A stretch of DNA of 60,249 nucleotides, counting the filler, from Callorhinchus milii (Eukaryota): the NCBI RefSeq assembly GCF_018977255.1. It is 2 parts of 2 records of this genome, joined end to end, with 100 filler letters (N's around TTAATTAATTAA, not from the genome) between each part and the next. Parts side by side here need not be neighbours in the genome. Positions count along the whole stretch, not along the records: positions 30,244 to 60,249 come from NW_024705636.1; 1 more part is not named here. The stretch is one strand, 5' to 3'. The position numbers were made by a program, and so were the translations under genes. How positions within the stretch are numbered: position 1 is the stretch's first letter; every line of letters begins with the position of its first letter. The notes beneath the pieces were generated by a model. The model saw only the letters and a list, made by a program, of their open reading frames with translations, had not been told where the DNA came from and made no database searches. Positions 37,725 to 50,599 of the stretch are shown here, one piece after another.

Positions 37725-39040
37725 CCCACCCGTGTAGCCTCTAGCAGGCTGTAGGGGCAAGTGCTGTTAGTAGCAGCAGCTATGAACGCACAAAGACAAA
37801 GATCCCCCGTGTAGCCTCTAACAGGCTGTAGGGGCAAGTGCTGTGAGTAGCAGCAGCTATGAACACAAAGACAAAGATCCCCCGTGTAGCCTCTAACAGG
37901 CTGTAGGGGCAAGTGCTGTGAGTAGCAGCAGCTATGAACGCACAAAGACAAAGATCCCCCGTGTAGCCTCTAACAGGCTGTAGGGGCAAGTGCTGTGAGT
38001 AGCAGCAGCTATGAACACAAAGACAAAGATCCCCCGTGTAGCCTCTAACAGGCTGTAGGGGCAAGTGCTGTGAGTAGCAGCAGCTATGAACACAAAGACA
38101 AAGATCCCCCGTGTAGCCTCTAACAGGCTGTAGGGGCAAGTGCTGTGAGTAGCAGCAGCTATGAACACAAAGACAAAGATCCCCGTGTAGCCTCTAACAG
38201 GCTGTAGGGGCAAGTGCTGTGAGTAGCAGCAGCTATGAACACACAAAGACAAAGATCCCCCGTGTAGCCTCTAACAGGCTGTAGGGGCAAGTGCTGTGAG
38301 TAGCAGCAGCAGCTATGAACACACAAAGACAAAGATCCCCGTGTAGCCTCTAACAGGCTGTAGGGGCAAGTGCTGTGAGTAGCAGCAGCAGCTATGAACA
38401 CAAAGACAAAGATCCCCCGTGTAGCCTCTAACAGGCTGTAGGGGCAAGTGCTGTGAGTAGCAGCAGCTATGAACACACAAAGACAAAGATCCCCGTGTAG
38501 CCTCTAACAGGCTGTAGGGGCAAGTGCTGTGAGTAGCAGCAGCTATGAACACACAAAGACAAAGATCCCCGTGTAGCCTCTAACAGGCTGTAGGGGCAAG
38601 TGCTGTGAGTAGCAGCAGCAGCTATGAACACACAAAGACAAAGATCCCCGTGTAGCCTCTAACAGGCTGTAGGGGCAAGTGCTGTGAGTAGCAGCAGCTA
38701 TGAACCACAAAGACAAAGATCCCCGTGTAGCCTCTAACAGGCTGTAGGGGCAAGTGCTGTGAGTAGCAGCAGCTATGAACACACAAAGACAAAGATCCCC
38801 GTGTAGCCTCTAACAGGCTGTAGGGGCAAGTGCTGTGAGTAGCAGCAGCTATGAACACAAAGACAAAGATCCCCGTGTAGCCTCTAACAGGCTGTAGGGG
38901 CAAGTGCTGTTAGCGAGTAGCAGCAGTGCCTATGAAGGCTACCGGCGCTGTGGCACACGAGGGGGTGGGTAGCCAGCACCACGCCCGACCGCCTTTGTCT
39001 CCCCAAACCGGGTACTCAGTTGAGGCTGAGTAGACCTAGG
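37725..39040 (-). repeat. ~75-80-bp tandem array (~16 units) formed from the 3' end of SINE family 2, attached to a SINE body
   Basis: Unit ACAAAGACAAAGATCCCC(C)GTGTAGCCTCTAACAGGCTGTAGGGGCAAGTGCTGTGAGTAGCAGCAGCTATGAAC matches 13628-13695 and 56567-56640. Confidence 0.92.
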
Positions 39041-39653
39041 GAAGCTCCGTGTGTTGTGTGTGTGTGTCGTGTGTGTGTGGGGGGGGAGAGCGAGGGACCG
39101 GCTGCCTGTCCATTGCAATCAAGAGCGAGATCTCGGTACGGACAATCTAAGAAAAAATTACGATTTAAAAAAAGATATAATAAATACGACGTCTAATTTT
39201 AGCGAGTGAAGGCCCAGTGCCCAGCCGCTTGCCGAGGCTTTTGTTGCACTTTTCAGAAGCGAGCCCTTCTGCCTGCCCATCACAAGCGAAAGCTGGACCA
39301 CGTGACAGCATCACCGTCGTCAGCACGTGAAGAGACACGCAAACTTCAAATACACAGCAGCAGCAGCAGGCGTCATGGGTTCAGGATCGAACCCACGACC
39401 TCCTGTAGACCAGGCGAGGTGGTCAACATCTCATAGCCACCGTGATGATGATGAGAGAGAGATCGAACCCACGACCTCCTGTAGACCACTGTAGACCAGG
39501 CGAGGTGGTCAACATCTCATAGCCACCGTGATGATGATGAGAGAGAGATCGAACCCACGACCTCCTGTAGACCAGGCGAGGTGGTCAACATCTCATAGCC
39601 ACCGTGATGATGATGATGAGAGANNNNNNNNNNNNNNNNNNNNNNNNNNNNNN

Positions 39654-42600
39654 GTTCGCACTACCGGAGGAAAGGTTGCGCACGCACTCGATATATGGCT
39701 AGGCCGTTGCCGAAAAGGGGGTTGTACAATCTGCTGGATTCACGTGAGGTGGTGATCTGTCCCGATTACGTCGATCGAAATGTAGCCGAGGCTGCGCGCT
39801 TTGCCTCCAATCGGACACGCTCCTTTCTCAACATTTTGCCTGTTAGAATCGCAAGGAACACAGACTAAGCAAGCCGGCTGCGGCCGCACTTCTACACCTT
39901 TAGCCATAAATCCAACCTTTTTTCTACTTCGTCATTACTACCGGTCTAACACAAGTCGCAAACCTACCTCCAGAGGTTTACTTAATGAATAAAGTTAGGC
40001 CGATTTTCAACTACGGCGCTTAGCAAACCTAGTCCGTTCGCGAGCCGAAGAGAATATCGACCGTGATCGGATGCGGAATGATTTTGCTAGGAAATTAAGG
40101 CAAAAATGCCGTGACCGTGTCGCGTTACACGAAGGTGGTGGAGTGGAAGATGAGCAGCTGATACAACCCATGATACGAAGAAATTAAACAGCGCGAGTAT
40201 TTGAATTTACACGGACGTGCTGCGAGAGTCTGTTGAGTCGAAGTATGCGTTGCCAACTGATGAGAGTTAACAGGCCTCGGTAGGACACTGTTAGAATGTG
40301 TGAGTGGGCCCTTTACCAATGTAGTTTAGGTAGCCGAACTGAGATCGAACAGGCGGGAAGTTCATGGCTTGAAGCTTCAGGACCGCCAACTGAGAAATAA
40401 AGACCAGTGTCAACTTTTGCGAAAGTCCCCTAGTGAGATGGATTACAAACGTCGGTGTCTGAATTTCAAAGACTTGAACAGGTCGTGGTTGCGGGTGACG
40501 ATCTTAATGGGTAAGTCGCATCGGGAGAAGCCACCAGCTTTACCTCCGACAGAGTTATAAGGAATTTTAATCTGACAATTTGAGGGGGGAGTTAATGAGA
40601 TCATTAAATAGTACTTAGCACCGTCTACGCCATAGCTTCGGTTCTCTATGTTCTAGGATAAGAACAGCTCCGAGCCCCGCGGCGAAGTGTTCCCCCACAA
40701 ATAGAGCATTTGTGCGCAGATCACGGTCCATGGGCAGGTCCCGTAGTCGCTCGAGAAGCCCTGGGCCCCGGGTGAGCCTGAACACAATGCCCGCCTTCAG
40801 TCGTGACTGTCGCGCTAGCCAAAAAAGGAACCTCTTTCTCACTGCTGTTTAGTCTTTAAATGAGCCTAGAATGGTGCATCTCACAAGACGTAGCCTCCTC
40901 CTGGAGTGAGGCGATGGAGCATAGCTGCTGGGTACAGAGTGGCCAAGGTCTTTGTTCGAGGGGGTTTGTGTTATCCTGCTCATTATAAGGATAACGAGGC
41001 CTGAGCATGATGGAGGCTCTGGGTGCCAAGTGACCAAAGTCCACGTATTAGGTGCTAATACCACGATCTACAGGGTCGAGTAGTCTGCCTTGCCGGGGAC
41101 TAAACGCTGGAATCAGGTACGAAAGAGTCTAACAAGACCAGTCTCAAATGGGTGTATTCCGTTGCAAGGAGCCGTGCTGGATACCCCGATCTAAGCGTTT
41201 AGGCCGTATCCCTTCATCCCTCGGGAGCGCACATCGAACGATGCCCGGAGGCGCCAGGCCTCGACGTCGAGTTCTCGAGCCGCTTTATTATTCAACCTCT
41301 CCCCTCGGGACGGAGCATTGCGCTTAGAATGGGAAACGTGGCGGGGTGAGGCAAGTTGTAGGCGCTTCTTTCGAGTAGGGAACCCCGCAAACTAGTAGGC
41401 GTTGGGGTAACGACGGGTATTATCATCATAACGTACGGGTTGGATTCTGCTTCACATCCCAGGCATAACGCGTAAGCAGAAAAACCAAACGCGCCAACGG
41501 TGCTTGGACAGCGAAAAGTTTACGGCTTGTCCCATACCCCATGCTGAAACGCTTGTGGTAGGCGGTTCCCACGGTGCAATCGCAACTGTCGTCAGCTGTG
41601 TACAGTACATAAGCCAAAACAGGTTGGAGATCACTACTCATGGCCTCCTGTGAGGTCACTAGATGCTCGCTACTTCTTTCAACGCAGTTTACTTGTGTAT
41701 AGAGGCACTAGGTTGAAATGAGTCAACGCGACTAAGTGACAAACAGTCGCGGGCTCCGACCATCACTGAGCCGAGAGGGCCTCAGCTTAAGATGATCGTC
41801 ACTCGTGCGAAACTGTATAATCCGACCATAGAGACAAATCAATACACAGGCTCGCAAAATGATGACCATTCGTCATTGTTTTGAGGATCGTGTTATTTTA
41901 CGTATGATCGACATTCAGGAATTCCGGTGTGACCGGCAACCACGGCTCACTCCGGTACTGCCTTGCCTTTAAGTCTAAGAAGTGATAACCGAATTGTCTA
42001 GCAGAGATGTGCTCCAATCAATGAAATGCGCTTCTATGTCTTGGTCGGTAAGCCGACGTCACAATTTTCAGAACGCCGATAGAGAAAATAAGATTGAACC
42101 GTCGTACCCTTCACGGGTGGTTCGACGTTCAGAGGTATAACTCCAACCGTAAAGGTTCTCCTGCTAGAGGCCTCCTTGTCCACAACATCAGACTGCTTAG
42201 AAGTCTTCGTCACGTTGTAAAAAAAATTATTTAAATAGCGGTAAGGAGACACCATGCCAGCTTCGCACATGGATGGAGTCTGCTCCACACCTCAAGGCAA
42301 AGGGCAGAACTGATCAGCGTTTAGTAGCACGTTCTAAAGATACACTCCAATGAGATGAAAATTGGCGTTTGAATGGCAATTGGGAGCCCACGGAACCCAC
42401 CGTAGATGAGTTGAACACGACCACTCGCAAAAGTAGTGGCATTTTACGATTCGATTGGCCGGATGGGTACTTGCTAAAGACTGGACGCTGGCACGAGCCT
42501 CAACCTGCTCAGGTACGCGTTAGGGTGGCCACAAATTAGACACGAGTCGTTGATCTGTGGACGCAGATCGCTCCTCTAGCGGACCACAAGATCGTACCAA

Positions 42601-44744
42601 AGTTCCATACTATCTTCTTGTCCCGCATAGCAACATACGCGCCGTACGACCTCGATGGTACTGTTTGACAAGGCGTTTCCCTGAAACGGCAGGTACGGTT
42701 ATGTGCGAGCTACCCTACGGGATCACTTACTACGTGGGACGACCGAAAAGCGAATTTGAGAAGCTTTCCAGAGGCAAAACTAAATAGGACTCTCCTATGT
42801 TGTCTGGTCGGATTCGTTCGCTAGCAAGGCGCGCTCTCAAGACACCATCGTCAATTACTATAGAGCAGATGGCTAAAGCGCTGAATATAGCAGCACTCGT
42901 TTGCGAAAATGGCTCTAGCCGAAGTCGAGGAAAATTGGATTAAGCTAATTATATGTCTTTCTGACAAGTTGCCATTGGTACGCTCGTAGTCTGCCGGCTG
43001 GCGAGTAGTGACAGTACGGAAAGACGATTGAGTTTGTCAGTACCTGCTCGGTGTGTATATATCGATTCGGGAATGCGTTTGTCGGAGAGAAACGTCACTA
43101 GAGCACTATATCCGACTAGACTCTCTGGACCCAGGAATTCGCGACATCATCGTCACTATCATCGAAAAAACATCAAAGAGCCGCGCATCGAGCGTGCGAG
43201 CGTCCGAATATGGTTTCTGAGTGTTACCTGCCAATTCGCACAGTACTACACAGGTAGAACCTGGGGAAATACTTGGCGGTTTGGAACGTCAACGCTAATC
43301 ATACGTACCCTTTCCGCCTGCAAAGTACCGCCTTATACACTCCCTGCAGATGTAATCCGTCTTGACCTGCCACCTCTGTGGAGTAGGTAGCAGGCCCTTG
43401 TGATCCAAGGACCCCATGCCGCGCTCGAACTATGCTACGTCAGATACACCTCGGTATGCCCCGTGGTCTATCGCATTCACATGGGCATGTACGGATCTGA
43501 TGTGCGAGGCGCATCCTTTAGGCTTATACACGCGAACAACATGACGAGGCCGTTCAATCTTTTAAGGGTTTCCCATCCAGCCTTACGATGTTCGTAGCTA
43601 TAAAGTGGGGAGTTTGCGGGTCGGAGGGCTAGAGTGGATTGGGCCCGTCTCTCACCCCTAATCGTGGTAAAAGCATTAATAGCTAGTACCTCACAAAACA
43701 CTTGTAGCTAACTTTATGCCATGCGTGCCGACAATTCGATGTTCCACCTACTACGCAGGTAGTATGCTCCAAGCTTGACGCTATTATAATATGCAAACGT
43801 ACTATCACGAGCCGTACCTCTGGCTACGCCAGGGGTGAACGTGACTCTCATATCCTGACCCCGCGGGCAGGTCATATTGTGTAAAGAGCATGACTGCTGG
43901 GGTAATGACCGCCACAGAAAAAGCATGATTGTCGTGTCGTTTAAAATGCTAAACCTTCGGCGGATGTACCATATTTAGATTTGAGCTAGACAGTATCGTA
44001 CTCACAGCACATTCCTCAGTTGGACTGGGGAAGCCTTTCCATTGTTAAGGCTTTAAACTCTTCTCTTGTTAGCAAAATCCAACTCATTAAACTGTAAAGT
44101 GGTGACATATTCTTGTCCTATTTGTCAGGGGCACGGACTAAGCCCGGTTTAGCCAGGACCGGAAATGTTATCGCGGTGAGACCTAATACATACATCGTTC
44201 GGGTCTTCAGAATTGGCTGCAGTTAAAATCCGTTGGATATGACAGCTTAGTAAGCGCTAGGAGCAAGAATAGAACTTGTCCTGAATAGTCATCATACGCC
44301 CAGGGCGAACCTTTTTTCGTTTAAAATTTCACGGTAAACCAATAGATTATTATTAGTTTCAACTATTGAATTTAGGTCACCTATTCTACGAATCCAATAT
44401 TGCAACTCTACATTTCGTGGGCTCTCCACAGGCTTCAGCCCCAATCGAGTGGAGCTAGCCGTACATGGTAATAGATTGTAGAAATTCTGTAGCTCACGAC
44501 TAGCACCTTGAGTGTCAGCTGGGACAAGATCTGTTTCTGGCTGAGAAAGAGGATGAGAGAGTATCTCCAGGTAGCACCCATAATAGGGAACTCAGTTGTA
44601 GCGTATAAACCGGGCGGAACTCCCATGCTATCAAGCTGCCATTCAGCCGTCAAGTGGGTCGACAGCTAACCAGGTATTTCCCAGCGCCTCCCCGAGCAGG
44701 ACCAGCCGTTGGCCCATAATCTCAGACAAAGTAGTGTGATCGGC
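39654..44744. other. Second random-looking block after a 30-N gap (probable filler)
   Basis: Same properties as 19639-28160. Ends abruptly at a SINE copy at ~44745. Confidence 0.7.
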
Positions 44745-45232
44745 AGCCTGAACAGACTGTAGGGGCAAGTGCTGTTAGCGAGTAGCAGCACCTATGAAGG
44801 CTACCGGCGCTGTGGCACACGAGGGGGTGGGTGGCCAGCACCACGCCCGGCCGCCTTTGTCTCCCCGGCGGCGATGTTTACTACGCATACCACACCAGGT
44901 ACTCGATTGAGGCTGAGTCGACCTAGTGGAGACCCGGGACCAGAACAGATCATCGCTATCACTGGTGTCAAGAAGATCAACGTTTAGTCCTTTTAAAAGA
45001 AACATCTCATCATCATGGCCAAAGCCACTGATGCCACCACCGCCACCACCACCGCCACCACCACAGCCACCACCACCACTTCTCTTCCCTCTATGGCATC
45101 CTACGAGCGTGGTGGCAAGCGGGAGGTCGCAGGTTGGACCCCTACGGCCTGACGACCCCCACGTCTCCATCTCTCTCTCTCTGCCCCGTGGCCCGTGTCG
45201 TCCCCCCCCCTCCCGGACGGGGCAGCGGTCAC

Positions 45233-45347
45233 CTCGTCACAGCGGCCGCCGTTGGCCACGAGGATCCGCCCCAAGTCGTCCGCCAGCCGCGCGAACGTCG
45301 GTCTGTCGCTGGGGACGGTCGCCCAGCACTCGCTCATCGTCGCGTGT
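45233..45347 (-). CDS. FGFR: FGFR-like kinase exon (subdomain XI)
   Basis: cag|A CAC GCG ACG ATG gives (L)HATMSECWATVPSDRPTFARLADDLGRILVANGGRCDE|gtgacc. Confidence 0.85.
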
Positions 45348-45469
45348 CTGCGCACGGCGACACGCGAGTCAAGTTCAACACGCACCGTGCGTGTACACCG
45401 TGCGTGTACACCGTGCGCACGGCGTACACGCAATGTGCACAGACATGCAGCTACTACATTTACAATCAT

Positions 45470-45770
45470 AGAGTAGTGTATAGTGTAGTGTATAGTGTAG
45501 TGGATAGAGTAAACCCATTACATTTACAATTATAGTGTAGTGTATAGTGTAGTGTATAGTGTAGTGTATAGAGTAAACCCACTACATTTACAAGTATAGT
45601 GTAGTGTATAGTGTAGTGTATAGAGTAAACCCACTACTGTATTTACAATTATAGTGTAGTGTATAGTGTAGTGTACAGAGTAAACCCACTACTGTATTTA
45701 CAATTATAGTGTAGTGTATAGTGTAGTGTATAGTGTAGTGTATAGTGTAGTGTATAGTGTAGTGTACAGA
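45470..45770 (+). repeat. 12-bp minisatellite (TATAGTGTAGTG)n in higher-order units
   Basis: Directly visible in the FGFR intron. Confidence 0.9.
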
Positions 45771-45863
45771 GTAATAATAACAACAACATCAACGAATGAC
45801 GCTCCTGTAGGTAACATGACGTCATCGTCGTAGTCGTCATTGAGATCACCGATTCCTACTCAC

Positions 45864-46001
45864 AGCTCGTCGGAGCATAGGGCAGGCCGCTCCATGCGGT
45901 AGCCGTCACCGAGCAGCTTGAAAAGCTTTTCCACGGGGACGCCCGGGTACGGAGAGCCCCCCAGGGTGAAGATCTCCCACAGCAGCACCCCGTAGGACCA
46001 C
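45864..46001 (-). CDS. FGFR: FGFR-like kinase exon (subdomains IX-X), 138 nt
   Basis: [50 protein letters not shown] boundaries, phase 2 to 2. Confidence 0.95.
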
Positions 46002-46094
46002 CTGCACACACATACGCACAAACACGCGCACACATGCAAATGCATGCACAACCACACACACACACGCATACACATGCATGCTTACGCACGTACA

Positions 46095-48660
46095 CAACAA
46101 CAACAACCACCATTCGCCACTAAGTGGTAGTGACATCACCACGGCGCTTGTGCCAGGCCATGTGCACCTTGAGGCCACGTGAATTGTCGAAGGCCCGCTG
46201 GCAGGAAGTCACGGGGCAGACCCAGCAGGTGCCACGGGTCGATTGACTGAGATGACCGAGATGACTGGCTGATGCACCACCTGTGCCCCCGACTGCCAAC
46301 TTGCTGTGCTTTAGACACCCGGCGCTCCGCTTGTTGTTGTGAGCGTTGCTGCTCCGCTCTCCGTTGTTGTTGGAGGGCGACTGCCTCCAACTGCCCAGTA
46401 GCGTCCTTCATGAGCCTCCTCCACAGAGACCAATCTTGACACCGCTGGTACCAGTCATCGGCAAGTCCACTCAGCTGCATGTCCTCCTGTACCACATCAC
46501 TCCATCTCTTCTCTAGCCCATGCCGCGCCCGTTTAGCCCCCTCAATTCGGCCGAACAAAAGCTGTTTAGGCATGCGGTGGCTGGGCATGCGGACTACATG
46601 ACCCAGCAAATGCAGCCTTGCCTGCCGGAGGAGCTCACCGATGAGACTTTCGAGGATTTGTGAGCTCCTCACAAATTTCAGCCTTGTCAAACCCAGAATG
46701 GATCGTAGGCAGGCCAGCCTAAATGTTTCTAACCGGTGAAAATGTTCCATTAGGGGGGTCCACGTTTTGCAAGCGTAGAGAAGGGAGGGAATGACTGTGG
46801 CCGAGAAGGCCTGAAGCTTCGTGCGGAGCCGGTCATAAGCACACTGCCCAGGTATGGGAAACTCCACTCTCTGCACAACTGCCCCATCACCAATTGGGAG
46901 TTGTGGGGGTGGAGTGTCCAATGGTACAAAATACCCAGGCAGGTGCTTAGTCTTGGTGGGGCTGATGATAAGGCCCCACCTCTTAGTGGCACACTCCAGT
47001 TTCAGCAGAAGCATCTCTAACTTCTCCTTTGAATGAGCAGCAATTACCAAATCATCGGCATACGTAACATGGTTGAGCAATAGGGAGCCATCCCTTGACC
47101 AAACCCGGGCATCGAATAGCCTCCCATTGTATCTGTACCACATGGAAATTCCTCCGGTACAGCTACTGAAGGTTTCACAAACTACGTGGTCGAAATAGAT
47201 GTTACATAATGTGGGAGCCAGAGGACATCCCTGTCGCACCCCAAAGTAAACGGCGAATGTCTCCGACTCCCGGCCACATAGTTTTACCCGGGCCCGCTCA
47301 CCATCATGAAAGTCCTTAATGATCGCGAGCAGAGGGTCAGGGACTCCGAAAGCACGAAGAACAACCCAGAGCCCAGGCCTACTGATGGTATTATAGACCT
47401 TGACCAGGTCAATAAAGCAGAGATGTAGGTCTTGTTGGAATTCCATCCACCTCTGCTGTAGCAGACAGACAGAAAATATGGCATCTGTGCAGGACCGCCC
47501 TTTCCTGAAACCCCATTGGGGTTCCGCAAGCCTCTCCTCAGCGTGCCTAGCAAGGCGATGTTGAATAATCCTTGCCAGGACCTTTCCCGGCACACTGAGG
47601 AGTGAGATGCCCCTGTAGTTGTTACAGTCTGTGCGGTCCCCCTTCTTAAAGAGTGGGACCACCAGGGCATCCTTCCAATCCTGCGGAACCCATCCATTGG
47701 TCCAGACTGTTGTTATGATGTCATGTAGGGCAGTCTGTGCACAAATGCCACCCTCCCTCAGCATGTCACTTGGGAGATGATTTTTGCCCGGTGCCTTTCC
47801 TGGTCTCTGACTCTGGATCGCCTTCAGTACTTCCTCAACAGATGGCACCTCAGCCAGCAACTCACATATTTGAGGCACCGCAGCCTCAGCAGGGTTATCC
47901 CCATTTTTCCCCATGATGTTTTCCAGGCTGAGGAATTTCCTCTCCCCCAGGACCTCAAAAATTCTCAGCAAATCTGCAAACCTGTTCCTGGGGGTCGGGG
48001 ATTCCCCTAATGATGGTGTAATAAACCTTCTTGAGACGGCTCCGGAATCAGTCCTTTTTATTTTCTACTTCCACAGTTACACTTCACTCACACACTCTCC
48101 GTTGCTGGCAGACAACGGAGAGAGGGCAGACTTCCCACCAAGTCCCCACCGCGCACGTGGCACCCAGAGCCCCCGTACGCGCGTGACTCCTGCATCATCT
48201 TGTCGTTCCCAAGTCTGCTCTCGATCGCTCTCTCTCTCTCTCTTAATCCCTTCGTCACGTGGTACCCCCCAGCCAATCCTCCATAGACAGCATTGACCGT
48301 TCTTGATGGTTCCCTGTCAATCCCGGGACCACGCCTCTGATCCGGCTCCCCATTAGCTGGGGCCCCGAATGGCCAGGCCAATCACCCCTGCTAACATGCC
48401 GTGATCACGCCGAGGCCATGCTCCCTGGCTCATCCCTTATTGGCTACAAAGCAGGACCGGCAAGCCAATCCCCACGTGAACCCTCTATGGCTGTTATTAC
48501 ATCGGTAATAGGTGTGGCACTGCAGGTGACTTTATTGATGGAGTTAAATAGTGATTTGTGATCGTGGTAAGCCTCTTCATTCTCTGACGTGGGATGCTGT
48601 AGACGATTAGAGTGGGCCTGTCGCTTTTTCTCAACCATCCTGAACTCCTCCTCTGTCAGC
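46095..48660 (-). mobile_element. RTE-type LINE, 5'-truncated, with 611-aa RT ORF (46136-47971); interrupted by a solo LTR
   Basis: KAPG, WKDALVVPLFKKGDRTDCNNYRGISLLS, GVRQGCPLAP, YADD, LLGHVVRM, and a (TTG)n tail. The LINE resumes at 48502-48660. Confidence 0.92.
48017..48501. mobile_element. Solo LTR inserted in the LINE
   Basis: TGTAATAA...TTATTACA 8-bp inverted termini. It interrupts LINE sequence that is contiguous in the 51790-51815 copy. Confidence 0.7.
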
Positions 48661-48824
48661 AGTGTGCCTGCTGACGTTACGCTCCCCCCCCGAAACCCTC
48701 CGCGTAGGCCGTGTGTGAACCCACGCAAGAGTCCAAGTCTCAGGCGAGGCCGGGGAGTCAAGCGAGTATTTGTATAATTGGCTAAGATGTGATTTTTGCT
48801 GTGTTTTGTGATACTATTATTCTT

Positions 48825-49175
48825 GATAATTGGTTTTTTACCCTTCTATCTGGCAACAAAACTGACACCTTTTTACAAGGAGTCATGTTTGTATAGACCG
48901 CAATACCTGCAGTCATAATACAAACAAAAGAACATAACTCTGATAATGTGCACTGTCCTTGAAGTTGATTGGTCCACACCCGAGACAGCTTTCCTTCGAG
49001 CCTAGTCTCACATGGGTTGGACCAGATGACGCCAAAAGGCGCACGTTTGTATTATGACTGCAGGTATTGCGGTCTATACAAACATGACTCCTTGTAAAAA
49101 GGTGTCAGTTTTGTTGCCAGATAGAAGGGTAAAAAACCAATTATCATATTTTTACTGGCAAATGAGGTTCCCATA
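48825..49175. mobile_element. Fold-back element with ~100-bp apparently perfect inverted arms
   Basis: 48825-48925 is the reverse complement of 49045-49145. Same family as 2581-3082 and 59990-60230. Confidence 0.8.
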
Positions 49176-49548
49176 GTGTAGACTATTATTCTTCTCAATT
49201 TCTTTCTTATGTTTTTTATTTCTCTCTATTTTTACTTACGACTGACCTTCATATATGACAAATACCCATCCCAAACGGCGTTAAAAACACAAAAAGAACA
49301 AATAAAAAAAAATTCTCGCAGTGATCTCGCAGTGATCTTTGTATCTCAAAAACCCCCTGGCTGGAGGTGAGTGAGGGGACCAAAAAAATGTACGCGGTTT
49401 TTCCAGATCGTGGGGGGCCCGCACCCTTAACCCCCGAGATGTGGAAGGGTCGACCGTATACATCGGTAGCAGGCAGTGTCAGGGTCTGGATGGAACCCAC
49501 GACCTCCTGCGTACCAGCCGAGGTAGTCAACGTGTCACAGCCACTCAC

Positions 49549-49619
49549 ACGTCGCTCCGCTGTGTGTAGACGCGGTGCAGCAATGCCTCCGGTGCCATCC
49601 ACTTCACCGGCAGGCGTCC
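49549..49619 (-). CDS. FGFR: FGFR-like kinase exon (subdomain VIII), 71 nt, absent from the ORF track
   Basis: cag|[24 protein letters not shown]|gtgagt, with size and phase typical of FGFR genes. Confidence 0.95.
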
Positions 49620-50017
49620 CTGGAGGGGCGACAGGTGACGAGGGGAGGTCAACGAAGCACAGCCTGACCCTTGACCCACCACCACCACCACCCTTTTATC
49701 CACCACCACCCTCTCCCCTACCTCCCTCTCTTTTCTTTTTTACGATCAGAGGAAACAAGAAGATGCTCGGTGTAGTCGGCACTTTGCTTCATTCATCATT
49801 TCGTAATTTTTTTCAATGTTTTGCTTTATGTGCCCCCCCTCTTCTTTTTTTCAAATGAAAGATTTCATGAAAGATTCTCTCTCTTCTCTCTCCCCCCCCC
49901 TCCCCGGGCATGACCACCGCCACCACCACCACCACCACCTCCTCCACCGCCACCACCACCGCCACCACCTCCACCACCTCCGCCACCGCCGCCACCACCG
50001 CCACCACCGCCACTCAC

Positions 50018-50164
50018 GGCAGCAGTCTTGTGCTGGTAGTAGTAGTCACGTTCGCCGCCCACGTCGCGGGTGAGGCCCAGATCGGCGATTTTCACCGAAT
50101 AGCCGCTACCGCCTCCGCCGTCAACGACGAGGACGTTCCTGGCCGCCAGGTCCCGGTGAACGCA
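50018..50164 (-). CDS. FGFR: FGFR-like kinase catalytic/activation-loop exon
   Basis: cag|CVHRDLAARNVLVVDGGGGSGYSVKIADLGLTRDVGGERDYYYQHKTAA|gtgagt. Confidence 0.95.
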
Positions 50165-50599
50165 CTGTGACACCGACACACACGGTGCATGGGTAGGTGT
50201 GTGTGGGTAGGAGATGTGTGTGTAGGTGTGTGTGGGTAGGGGTGTGTGGGTAGGGGTGTGTGGGTAGGAGATGTGTAGGTAGGGGTGTGTGGGTAGGTGT
50301 GTGTGGGTAGGTGTGTGTGGGTGCCGGACGGGCAACTCTGTCGTGGACAGTGCTGTGGGGGGAGGGCCAATGCCGATTGGCCTCTCCCGTCATGGCGTCT
50401 GTGACCACCACAGTGGCTAAACGGGGGCTCTGGACGGGTGCAAGAGGCTGATAACTCTTCCACCTTCAATTAATTACCACTAAACCACAAATTAAATATG
50501 TAACTAATAAGTTTGTGGCACAGGCCATGGGGGGGGGGGGGGGGACAGGTGTCTATGATGTCTCCTGGCCAAACCCCAATTGCCGGAGCCAGGAGATTG

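Noticed and set aside
37725..38910. CRISPR-like array
   Set aside because: No unique spacers; contiguous near-identical units derived from a SINE tail, in eukaryotic DNA with no cas genes.
43028..43390. 120-aa ORF in the random-looking block
   Set aside because: No motif or codon bias; the length is compatible with chance.
45101..45232. Read-through C-terminus of FGFR ending at 45101
   Set aside because: A donor GAG|GTGACC sits at the conserved position and the read-through peptide is not FGFR-like; not excluded without cDNA.
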